Part shown: in pieces, positions 56,682 through 64,000 of the stretch
How the letters are laid out: every line of letters begins with the position of its first letter
Numbering within the stretch: the first letter of the stretch is position 1
The notes under the pieces: generated by a model
The model's input: the letters and a program-made list of their open reading frames with translations, nothing else
The model's database searches: none
What the model was told of the DNA's origin: nothing
Program-made: the position numbers and the translations under genes
DNA from: a virus
Taxonomy: Duplodnaviria; Caudoviricetes
Virus record (IMG/VR): IMGVR_UViG_3300017903_002946
Coordinates: 1-64,000 of that record
Length of the DNA stretch: 64,000 nucleotides
Direction: 5' to 3' (one strand)

Positions 56682-56983
56682 TGACTAACTCACTTCAAAA
56701 TTTGCCTCCTGAAATGCAAGAGCGCATTAATCAACTTATTACAGGAGCTAAAACTGCTCAAGCACCTGCTCCTATTACACGACCGCCTTCGCTAATGGAT
56801 CATACTATTGCACTTCGCCAGGAAGTTGCACAGTTGTCTAATCAAGTAGTAGCGATGGGTCAAGTAATGGAGGGTGTAGGTCAACTAGTTGGAGAGCTAT
56901 ACCAACTTTTTCAGACGCAAACCGCAACTACAGATTACAGCTCAACTTATCAAGAGAACCAGGAACTAGAGAGTGACTACTGA
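56681..56983 (+). CDS. Coiled-coil hypothetical protein
   Basis: 100 aa with heptads. Confidence 0.55.
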   Translation: MTNSLQNLPPEMQERINQLITGAKTAQAPAPITRPPSLMDHTIALRQEVAQLSNQVVAMGQVMEGVGQLVGELYQLFQTQTATTDYSSTYQENQELESDY

Positions 56984-57743
56984 TAAACCTTATAGAATTC
57001 AAACTTCTGCCGGACATAGAAAATATCTATGCTCCGGCATTTATATGCCAAGTGTAACCACTGTATTATCTGCCACTGAATCAGAAAAATCTAAAGCAGG
57101 TTTACGTACATGGCAAAAGAATAATCCGGGTGCGCTAGAGGAGGCATCTACTCGCGGCTCTGCTATTCATCTTGGTTGTGAAAACTATATTCGTGGATTG
57201 GATCCCAATATTCCTGATGAATTTCAAGAATTTTGGAATGGTATTTCGACATACCTAGATTGGTTTGATACAATTCATTGGTCAGAGCGTCCTTTACGTC
57301 CTGATTGGAATCACCTTAGAAGTGATGACAAAGAAGTTGCTTACGTTTGGAGTACAGAACATCGATATGCTGGTTGTCCAGATTTAATCGGTGAAATTGG
57401 CGGTGTACGAGTTATTGCTGATTTTAAAACAAGCAATACTCCTTACTGCTCAACTTTTCCTGAACGTGGTGACCGTATGGGTTTTGGCGGTTATCGCAAA
57501 TATACTAAGTGTGCTCAACAAATGGCTGCTTATCGGTATGCCTTAAATGAGCGGACAGGGTTTCTTTGTGATGTTGCCCTTATCATTGTTTCTACACCGG
57601 AAACAACACAAGGAATATTTATTGATGGAGATCAACTAGCTCTTCACGAATCGCGTTTTTTAAAACGTTGTCAACAATTTCATGAGATAGATAATGAAAC
57701 TAAGGATTGCAGTCAACAAGAATTGCAAGAACAAACTAACTAA
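56973..57743 (+). CDS. PD-(D/E)XK (Cas4/RecB-like) exonuclease
   Basis: PSVTTVL, RGSAIH, YAGCPDLIG, IADFKTS, QMAAY. Confidence 0.88.
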   Translation: MTTDKPYRIQTSAGHRKYLCSGIYMPSVTTVLSATESEKSKAGLRTWQKNNPGALEEASTRGSAIHLGCENYIRGLDPNIPDEFQEFWNGISTYLDWFDTIHWSERPLRPDWNHLRSDDKEVAYVWSTEHRYAGCPDLIGEIGGVRVIADFKTSNTPYCSTFPERGDRMGFGGYRKYTKCAQQMAAYRYALNERTGFLCDVALIIVSTPETTQGIFIDGDQLALHESRFLKRCQQFHEIDNETKDCSQQELQEQTN

Positions 57744-59916
57744 ACCTGCACATGATTGGCAAAATATTAACGAAGATATTGAATGGTTACTTGGTTGGGT
57801 TCAGCAAGGTTATGGCTGGTGCGCAACTCATTTTCATAACAGGCATCGTAAATCTGATAATTCAGTAGGTTCAAATGTCATTGTTATTGATTTTGATGGA
57901 GATACTTCGCTTGCACGTTTTTGGTCAACTGACACTGCTCGACATTGGTGTGCTGCTACTTATACGTCTGCAAGCCACAGTGAACAAGAACATCGGTTTC
58001 GAGCTCTTTTTCCACTAGCTCGATTGCTTAATAGCTCTGCAGAACATCGTGGTGCCTACTGGCTTATTGTTAATCGATTACTTGCTGAGTTAGAGCTTGA
58101 AGGGCTCGCTGACAATTGCGGTCAAAAACCTGAACGGCTTTGGTTTGGAAATTCAAATACTGAAATTCAATCAAATAAAGAATGTGAACCTGTACCTGAG
58201 TTCTTGCTAGAAGATATTGCTTATGAAGAAGCCTCAAACTTTAATAGTTCAGACATTACTGATATAGATATTAAACGCTGTCAGTGGCTTCTAGAATCCT
58301 TTTTACGCCCTTCTGAAGATGGTGAGTATGAAACCTATTATGTGCCTGTCATGGCTGCTTGTGCAGGCATTGGTGAACCTATGTTCGATTCATGGGTTAC
58401 ATGGGTATTAAATGGCCATCACGGAGAAAAGCAAGAAAATATTCAACCATTTAAGTGGCGAGGTCTCGGTAATTATTCAGGTCATACTACACTTTATTCG
58501 CTTGCTAAAAAGCAAGATCCAGATTGGGCTAAAAAACTTCCTGTTAATCTAAGATTTGGTGCTCTTGGAGCTGCCGGAGGTTATACCGAGTTTGATCCTA
58601 TTCATAACTTTGATAAGTACATAAATACAATGGAATTAAGCGCACAACAAAATGACATTGACATCGAACCAATTCCTGATTCACAGCAAGTAAAACGTAG
58701 AGGGCGTCCAAAAAAATCATCTGATGATCTTGCAAAAGAACGTGAAAGCGATGTTACTAAGGTAAAAGATATTCTTCACGATTTACGTAAAAATGAACTA
58801 ACAAGTGCAATTGAGTACACTGACAACCAAGGTCAAACTATTGCTTTGCAAGGTAACGACCTTGATCTAATGACTGTTAAAGTTGCATGTGAAAATGGTA
58901 TTTTTATTCCAGAAGCACGTATTAAAAGCGCGATTCAATATGCAGCATCTAAAAATTTATACTGCCCAATCAAAAAGTATCTAGAGAAGTGTGCTGCAAC
59001 TTGTGCACCACATACTGATTGGAATCGTGTAGGAAAAATATTTCTTGGCAACAGTTATGCAATTGCTACAACTGCAATGCAACGCATGATGATTGGTGCT
59101 GTAGCACGTGCATTTAATCCTGGATGTTCTATGTCTTGGCTTCCGATTTTAGTAGGTCCTCAAGGAGCTGGTAAATCTATGTTTGCTCGGTGCCTTGTAC
59201 CCCAAAACCTTTTTTCAGAAATTACTACACCACTAGAAACTCTGATGAAAGAGCAATATCGATTGCATGTTGCATGGCTTTTAGAGCTTCCTGAAATTGA
59301 TAACTATTTTAATTCACGTAACATTGAAAACTTTAAAAATCTTGTTACTACAAGAGTAGATGAAGTTAGATTTCCTTATGCATCTTTACCAAGCAAATTG
59401 GCTCGTAGGTTTGTTCTGATTGGAACGACTAATAGAAATCAATTTTTGGTTGATAGTACTGGCAATAGACGCTTTGTACCACTTGAAATTGGTCCTAACT
59501 TTCAAATCCCTTGGAAGGAGCTTAATATTCAACGAGATTATCTTTGGTCAGCAGCTGTTCACGCATATAGAAATGGAGAAGGTTACGAATTTAATAGTGG
59601 CGAAATTGCTGCTATTGCTGATTACATCCAAGAGTTTGGTGATCCAGATCCTTGGCTTGACAAAGTTGCATCTTATGTAGCTATTCGTGATGAAGTAAGT
59701 GCTGCGGAAGTTTTAACTAACGCACTAGAGCTTGATCCTCGCAGTCAAGGCAGAAGAGAAGGACGAAGAGTTGCAGATATTCTCCAGTCAATGGGATGGA
59801 GACGTCTTGTCACTTCACGAAAAGATCCACTTACAAACAAATCAAAATCTGTTCGTATTTGGCAGCGTCCTAGCAATGATCCTCTTATTGAAGATCACAT
59901 ATTGAACGACTTTTAA
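57694..59916 (+). CDS. Primase (AEP-like + PriCT) fused to VirE/VapE-type SF3 helicase
   Basis: IVIDFDG, YTSASH, RFRALFPL; Walker A GPQGAGKS, Walker B LELPE, GTTN, DSTGNRRF. Confidence 0.88.
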   Translation: MKLRIAVNKNCKNKLTKPAHDWQNINEDIEWLLGWVQQGYGWCATHFHNRHRKSDNSVGSNVIVIDFDGDTSLARFWSTDTARHWCAATYTSASHSEQEHRFRALFPLARLLNSSAEHRGAYWLIVNRLLAELELEGLADNCGQKPERLWFGNSNTEIQSNKECEPVPEFLLEDIAYEEASNFNSSDITDIDIKRCQWLLESFLRPSEDGEYETYYVPVMAACAGIGEPMFDSWVTWVLNGHHGEKQENIQPFKWRGLGNYSGHTTLYSLAKKQDPDWAKKLPVNLRFGALGAAGGYTEFDPIHNFDKYINTMELSAQQNDIDIEPIPDSQQVKRRGRPKKSSDDLAKERESDVTKVKDILHDLRKNELTSAIEYTDNQGQTIALQGNDLDLMTVKVACENGIFIPEARIKSAIQYAASKNLYCPIKKYLEKCAATCAPHTDWNRVGKIFLGNSYAIATTAMQRMMIGAVARAFNPGCSMSWLPILVGPQGAGKSMFARCLVPQNLFSEITTPLETLMKEQYRLHVAWLLELPEIDNYFNSRNIENFKNLVTTRVDEVRFPYASLPSKLARRFVLIGTTNRNQFLVDSTGNRRFVPLEIGPNFQIPWKELNIQRDYLWSAAVHAYRNGEGYEFNSGEIAAIADYIQEFGDPDPWLDKVASYVAIRDEVSAAEVLTNALELDPRSQGRREGRRVADILQSMGWRRLVTSRKDPLTNKSKSVRIWQRPSNDPLIEDHILNDF

Positions 59917-59955
59917 TTACACTAAAGTTACTAAAACATATATTATTCAGATACA

Positions 59956-60192
59956 ATGAAAGCCAAAGATATTAAAATCGGACAACGTGTTGTTACTTCT
60001 CCAGGAGAACGTATTGCACTTGTAGTTGGTAAACCTGAATTTTATACTCCACGTGCCCAACTCGTAAGAATTAAGTACGAAAATAGCACTCGTTACGAGT
60101 ATAAAATGAATCATCAGCTAGAGCTTCTTCCTATTGAACAACAATATGAAGTACATGGTGGTCATCATATTAAACCTGATAGTGATTTTTGA
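59956..60192 (+). CDS. Small SH3/KOW-like hypothetical protein
   Basis: 78 aa, IKIGQRVV...ALVVG...VRIKY beta pattern. Confidence 0.5.
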   Translation: MKAKDIKIGQRVVTSPGERIALVVGKPEFYTPRAQLVRIKYENSTRYEYKMNHQLELLPIEQQYEVHGGHHIKPDSDF

Positions 60193-60986
60193 TGTCTGAA
60201 TCAACTCCTAATCGTAAAGTTGGTGGTCATGCTTACGGTAGACGCAACTTAAACCTTTCAAATACTGCAGAAGAAGGAACATTATGTATTTACAGCGGCC
60301 ATTCTATTGGCCGTTTTAGTGCTACTTCAATGCGTTTTGATAGTCATCAAGCGTGTGTTCGATGTGTGGCTGCAGCAAGAGAAGGTAGAATGTCTTTTGA
60401 CATTAATCGACTGCTTAAGAAAGAACGCAAACGTGCTCTTAAGTTTTGGTCTAAAGTTGATATTGATCAACCTGACGAATGCTGGGAGTGGCAGGGTTAT
60501 AAAGCTCCTGGCAATGGAATGCCGCAGTTTCCTTGGAGACGGCCTGGAATTAGCAGTAGCACTCAACATCATCCTCAGCGCGTAGCTATGTGGTATACGT
60601 GGGGAGATCTTGGTTATACCGGTGTAAAAACTACTTGCGGTAATAAATATTGCTGCAATCCATTTCATTTAATTCCTCAAAAAATTGGTGTTTTTGTTGA
60701 TCAAGATTCTTATCTTGAAAGCTTTGAACTTGCCTGTGAACTGCATACACTTAAGCAGCAAGTAGCTGAATATGCTGTTGAACAAGCTTTAAAAGAGCAA
60801 GAAATGATTACTAATGCTCAAGAACTTGACGACCGTGCAAATCTAACGTTTGCTCCAAATTCTGAATTTGCTGACCGTTGGGAAGCAGTTGTAGAAGATA
60901 TTATTAATGGTAGACACTCTAGTCAATTCAATTCGTCTCAACTAAATAGTGAGGATGAAGAAAATAATACCACAAATAATGAATAA
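60192..60986 (+). CDS. HNH-endonuclease-derived protein, apparently catalytically degenerate
   Basis: FWSKVD...ECWEWQG...CGNKYCCNPFHL scaffold; VKTTC replaces VxHxC. Confidence 0.7.
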   Translation: MSESTPNRKVGGHAYGRRNLNLSNTAEEGTLCIYSGHSIGRFSATSMRFDSHQACVRCVAAAREGRMSFDINRLLKKERKRALKFWSKVDIDQPDECWEWQGYKAPGNGMPQFPWRRPGISSSTQHHPQRVAMWYTWGDLGYTGVKTTCGNKYCCNPFHLIPQKIGVFVDQDSYLESFELACELHTLKQQVAEYAVEQALKEQEMITNAQELDDRANLTFAPNSEFADRWEAVVEDIINGRHSSQFNSSQLNSEDEENNTTNNE

Positions 60987-61018
60987 TTAATTTATCCTAA
61001 ATAGAGAGTCATTCTATT

Positions 61019-61438
61019 ATGTCTAGACGCAACGATCTGATTCAGCAATTAATTGCTTCAGAAAAATTTGGTCCTGAAAAAGAACAAGAGCAGAAGTTTC
61101 TCATGGCTACTGCAGAATTGATCCTTTCAGATCTTATTAATATTGCTCTTAACGGCGTAGAAAAGCATGGTCCAGGTTCACTTGTGATTAACTTATTGAA
61201 TGATTCAACTACTTTCATGTGGGCAGAATCAATTGAAATTGATCTTCAAATTTCTGAACGTGAAAACGATACAGATGTGAACGAGTTTTTACGAAAACTT
61301 TTACAGGAGATTAATGAAAATGATTGGTCGCAAAACGTGCTTATTACATTAATTAGTGATGCTGGAACAAGAACATTTGCAGTCGAAGCAGGTCGGAGCC
61401 AAGAAAGCTTTAGAGCGCTCGCAGAAGAATTTATCTGA
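61019..61438 (+). CDS. Hypothetical protein
   Basis: 139-aa ORF in the replication cluster. Confidence 0.6.
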   Translation: MSRRNDLIQQLIASEKFGPEKEQEQKFLMATAELILSDLINIALNGVEKHGPGSLVINLLNDSTTFMWAESIEIDLQISERENDTDVNEFLRKLLQEINENDWSQNVLITLISDAGTRTFAVEAGRSQESFRALAEEFI

Positions 61439-62027
61439 TAAACTTGCTTCTAAAGGTTTAAAGCTTCCTCTCTATCCAACGCCTCAACTCATTGATAGAG
61501 CAAGGCAAGTCATGGGTAGCATTGACTTTGACCCAACATCTGATCCTGTGCAGCAAGTACTTGTTGAAGCTACTTCAGTTCCTACTATTGATGTTAATCC
61601 ACTTCAAGAACATTGGCATGGTAACGTTTGGATTGCACCTAAAGGTGCTGTAAAAAACTGCCGTATTTGGCTAAACAAAACTATTAATGAATATCGCAAT
61701 GGTCATATTAATAGTTTTATTTTTTTTAGTAGTGCTTCTGAATTACTACGTGCTGCACCAATTGTGTGGGATTATCCCATTTGTATTCCTTTCAAAAGAG
61801 TTAAACAACTCCGAGCAACGTCAACAGGATTTGAATCTGTATGTCCATCTACATGGAATTTAATTGTCTATGGTCCTCCTATTCATCAAGCATTAACTGA
61901 TATTGATAAAGTTTCTTTGTTTTATAACAACTTTAGAGATATTGGTCGTGTTATTTATAGCGAATATGCAGGTGATGGGTGGCAAAAGGATCTTGAGTAT
62001 TACGAAGAAAATAAAGGTAATATCTAA
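61356..62027 (+). CDS. DNA N6-adenine methyltransferase-like protein lacking the NPPY motif
   Basis: YPTPQLIDRARQVMGSIDFDPTS...WHGNVWIAPKG...WLNKTINEY; start uncertain. Confidence 0.7.
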   Translation: MMLEQEHLQSKQVGAKKALERSQKNLSDKLASKGLKLPLYPTPQLIDRARQVMGSIDFDPTSDPVQQVLVEATSVPTIDVNPLQEHWHGNVWIAPKGAVKNCRIWLNKTINEYRNGHINSFIFFSSASELLRAAPIVWDYPICIPFKRVKQLRATSTGFESVCPSTWNLIVYGPPIHQALTDIDKVSLFYNNFRDIGRVIYSEYAGDGWQKDLEYYEENKGNI

Positions 62028-62440
62028 TGAGTAAACATATTGCTCAAGATTATTTTTATGTGCTTCCTTCCGAGAGCAAAGTCCATCCTTGCCGTCTCAT
62101 TACAAAAGATGGAACTTTAATGTGGAAGCACGCTTTGCTTTATCAAAACTCTCAATTATTTTTACCCATTTCTGAGGCTCACGAACAACACATAATAAAA
62201 ACTGCTCAGCGCTTAGAAGAGCTGAACAGTTGGGTGTCACAAGGACTTGAGCCTTGGGAATGTTTTTCAATTAAAGCGTGGTATCAACCTAACGAATCTG
62301 AGTTATCTGAAGGTATCTCTGCTTACTTCACTCATACAACTCATGACCTTACTTTTACTTATACAAACTTATTGCCACACATCCAAGATCATGAGAATTT
62401 TGAACTACGTGACAAATATCTATTCTTTCGTCGCTGTTGA
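62027..62440 (+). CDS. Hypothetical protein
   Basis: 137 aa, followed by hairpin 62448. Confidence 0.55.
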   Translation: MSKHIAQDYFYVLPSESKVHPCRLITKDGTLMWKHALLYQNSQLFLPISEAHEQHIIKTAQRLEELNSWVSQGLEPWECFSIKAWYQPNESELSEGISAYFTHTTHDLTFTYTNLLPHIQDHENFELRDKYLFFRRC

Positions 62441-62447
62441 CAACAAG

Positions 62448-62466
62448 GCCGCATATCTGCGGCTTT
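62448..62466 (+). repeat. TANC-loop hairpin between convergent genes
   Basis: GCCGCA-TATC-TGCGGC-TTT. Confidence 0.8.
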
Positions 62467-62467
62467 A

Positions 62468-62755
62468 TTAGTCTAGCGAATTAATTAATCTAGTAAGATA
62501 CCATTGCGCTTTTTCAGCATCTTCTTTACTTTTCTTTTTATGCCAAAGTCTAATCATATATTTTAAAACTTGGCCTTGAAGAAAACCTAGCATTGGAGAT
62601 GGCGCACTATTGATTGAATCTTCAATTACATCTATAGCTTCTACACGTCCTTGTGTGTAATGTTTAGGATTGTGCACCATACTATAATTAACGTCATTAC
62701 TTTCAAACAACTTTTTATTTTCTGAATTCATTATTCTCACATCTAAATCAGTCAC
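62468..62755 (-). CDS. DUF3310 family protein (T7 gp1.7-like nucleotide kinase family)
   Basis: VHNPKHYTQGRVEAIDVI...GQVLKY..R..HK....EDAEKAQWYL. Confidence 0.85.
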   Translation of the reverse strand: MTDLDVRIMNSENKKLFESNDVNYSMVHNPKHYTQGRVEAIDVIEDSINSAPSPMLGFLQGQVLKYMIRLWHKKKSKEDAEKAQWYLTRLINSLD

Positions 62756-62785
62756 TTCCTAATATAGAGTCAATGAATTACTGAT

Positions 62786-63337
62786 GTGGATATGCCCAGC
62801 CCTAAAGGTGACCCAACTTTTATTAAAAATAAAGAGAAATATTTTATAAATGTTGCACAAACTATTGCACAAGCCTCAACACATCCAAAATCTCCTGGAG
62901 GATGTATTATTGTGCGTGATCGAGAAATTATTGGAAATGGCAGAAGTTTATTAACTGACAGTAAAGTTGAAGTTGATTGCATTTCATATGCAGTAGCTGC
63001 TGCTGCTAAAGCTGGTACTCCAGCTATTGGCGCAGTTATATACAGCACTAGATATCCATTTTCTATATCTATTTTTCAAGCACATATGATGGGTATTCGT
63101 AAAATTGTGATACTTGCTCATGAGTGGGAGCCGTATTATCGAGAAGAATTTAGACGTGCCGGTCGTTTAGCAAGAGAATTACAAGTAGCAATTGAACCTA
63201 TATTTCTAGATGAAGACCCAAGATTTACACAAAATACAAATGACAGAAACATTGATCCAGTTCTCTTCCCAGAAGCGAACCCGTTCACGCCAGATGAATA
63301 TGATCCAGATAATGCAAAAGACACCTTCGATGAATGA
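62786..63337 (+). CDS. dCMP-deaminase-fold protein lacking Zn ligands
   Basis: YFINVAQTIAQAS...GCIIVRDREIIGNG...GAVIYST..P...MGIRKIV; HAE is replaced by DCI and PCxxC by PFSIS. Confidence 0.75.
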   Translation: MDMPSPKGDPTFIKNKEKYFINVAQTIAQASTHPKSPGGCIIVRDREIIGNGRSLLTDSKVEVDCISYAVAAAAKAGTPAIGAVIYSTRYPFSISIFQAHMMGIRKIVILAHEWEPYYREEFRRAGRLARELQVAIEPIFLDEDPRFTQNTNDRNIDPVLFPEANPFTPDEYDPDNAKDTFDE

Positions 63338-63854
63338 ACAAATTATTTTTGACCTTGAATCCACTGGTTTATTACGACAAGGATCCCGTATTCACTGCAT
63401 TGTTATGCGAAACGGTAACGATGGCGGCACTTCTGTGTTTGACCATCGTCCTGAGCAATCAATCATACAAGGAGTAAAAGAACTAGAACAGGCGGATGTA
63501 TTGATTGGCCATAACATTATTGGCTATGACATCCCATTGATCAAAGAGCAGTTTCCTGAATTCAAGCCTCAAGGCCAGGCCATTGATACTCTTGTTCTGA
63601 GCCGTCTTTTTTATCCACATATTGCAGATAGAGACTACGAACGTCGTCCACACGGAATGCCACAAAGGCTGTACGGACGACATAGCCTTGAGGCCTGGGG
63701 TTATCGCCTTAAGTGCTTTAAAGGTGACTTTGGCAAGCACGAAGGCAACTGGTCTGTTTATACACCTGAGATGCTTGACTACTGCATCCAAGACACCGAA
63801 GTAACGCTCAAACTTTGGGCACTAATGAAACGTCGTATGGAAGATTACTCATGA
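63330..63854 (+). CDS. polA: Family-A DNA polymerase, stand-alone 3'-5' exonuclease part
   Basis: ExoI FDLES, ExoII GHNIIGYDIP, DTLVLSRL, HSLEAWGYRL, ExoIII YCIQD; ATG 63330. Confidence 0.92.
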   Translation: MNEQIIFDLESTGLLRQGSRIHCIVMRNGNDGGTSVFDHRPEQSIIQGVKELEQADVLIGHNIIGYDIPLIKEQFPEFKPQGQAIDTLVLSRLFYPHIADRDYERRPHGMPQRLYGRHSLEAWGYRLKCFKGDFGKHEGNWSVYTPEMLDYCIQDTEVTLKLWALMKRRMEDYS

Positions 63855-64000
63855 CTATGAATGATTGTGTCTTGCTTGAAATGCAGATGGCAGAAATCAT
63901 GTCACAACAAGAAGCCAGTGGCTTCCGTTTTGATGTAGCTGCTGCAGAGAGAGTGCGTGGTGAACTCCAAGAAGAAGTTACCCAACTTGAGCAATCAATT
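63851..64000 (+). CDS. polA: Family-A DNA polymerase, polymerase part (5' fragment)
   Basis: ATGA-coupled ORF MTMNDCVLLEMQMAEIMSQQEASGFRFDVAAAE matches the T7 gp5 segment (EHRAAWLLAKQERNGFPFD); runs off the window. Confidence 0.8.
   Translation, partial: MTMNDCVLLEMQMAEIMSQQEASGFRFDVAAAERVRGELQEEVTQLEQSI

Noticed and set aside
63210-63329. N-terminal extension of the exonuclease ORF in the track
   Set aside because: Overlaps the deaminase-like gene; the ExoI motif follows ATG 63330 directly, which is the better start
1-64000. Integrase, attP site or introns/inteins in psbA, nrdA, terL or polA
   Set aside because: No recombinase motif recognised and these genes are uninterrupted at expected lengths within the window; lysogeny cannot be judged from this segment

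Overview
64 kb of a double-stranded DNA cyanophage genome. The host is most likely marine Synechococcus, inferred from psbA, hli, talC and an NblA-like gene. It is neither T4-like (no gp55, gp23 or gp43-type genes seen) nor classic T7-like (no RNA polymerase or T7 head genes in the window). Bases 1-31.6 kb are a mostly minus-strand virion module: tail fibres, NblA-like gene, capsid, a sigma70 group-2 sigma factor, scaffold overlapping the portal, terminase, and a block of probable internal/ejection proteins that includes a SleB-like cell-wall hydrolase. After a non-coding strand switch (31.6-32.3 kb) a plus-strand arm follows: small early genes separated by a family of GC hairpins with a TANC loop, three tRNAs around an HNH gene, RHH + DUF932, RlpA, psbA/talC/hli, a very basic Arg/Lys/Met repeat gene broken at an A10 run, and a replication cluster (thioredoxin, IF-1, MazG, NrdA/B, ThyX, SSB-like proteins, exonuclease, primase-helicase, three apparent pseudoenzymes, split family-A DNA polymerase). 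The split polymerase plus NblA recalls an uncultured marine cyanophage lineage reported from metagenomes; this is from memory and not verified. All protein calls come from motif recognition by eye, with no database search.
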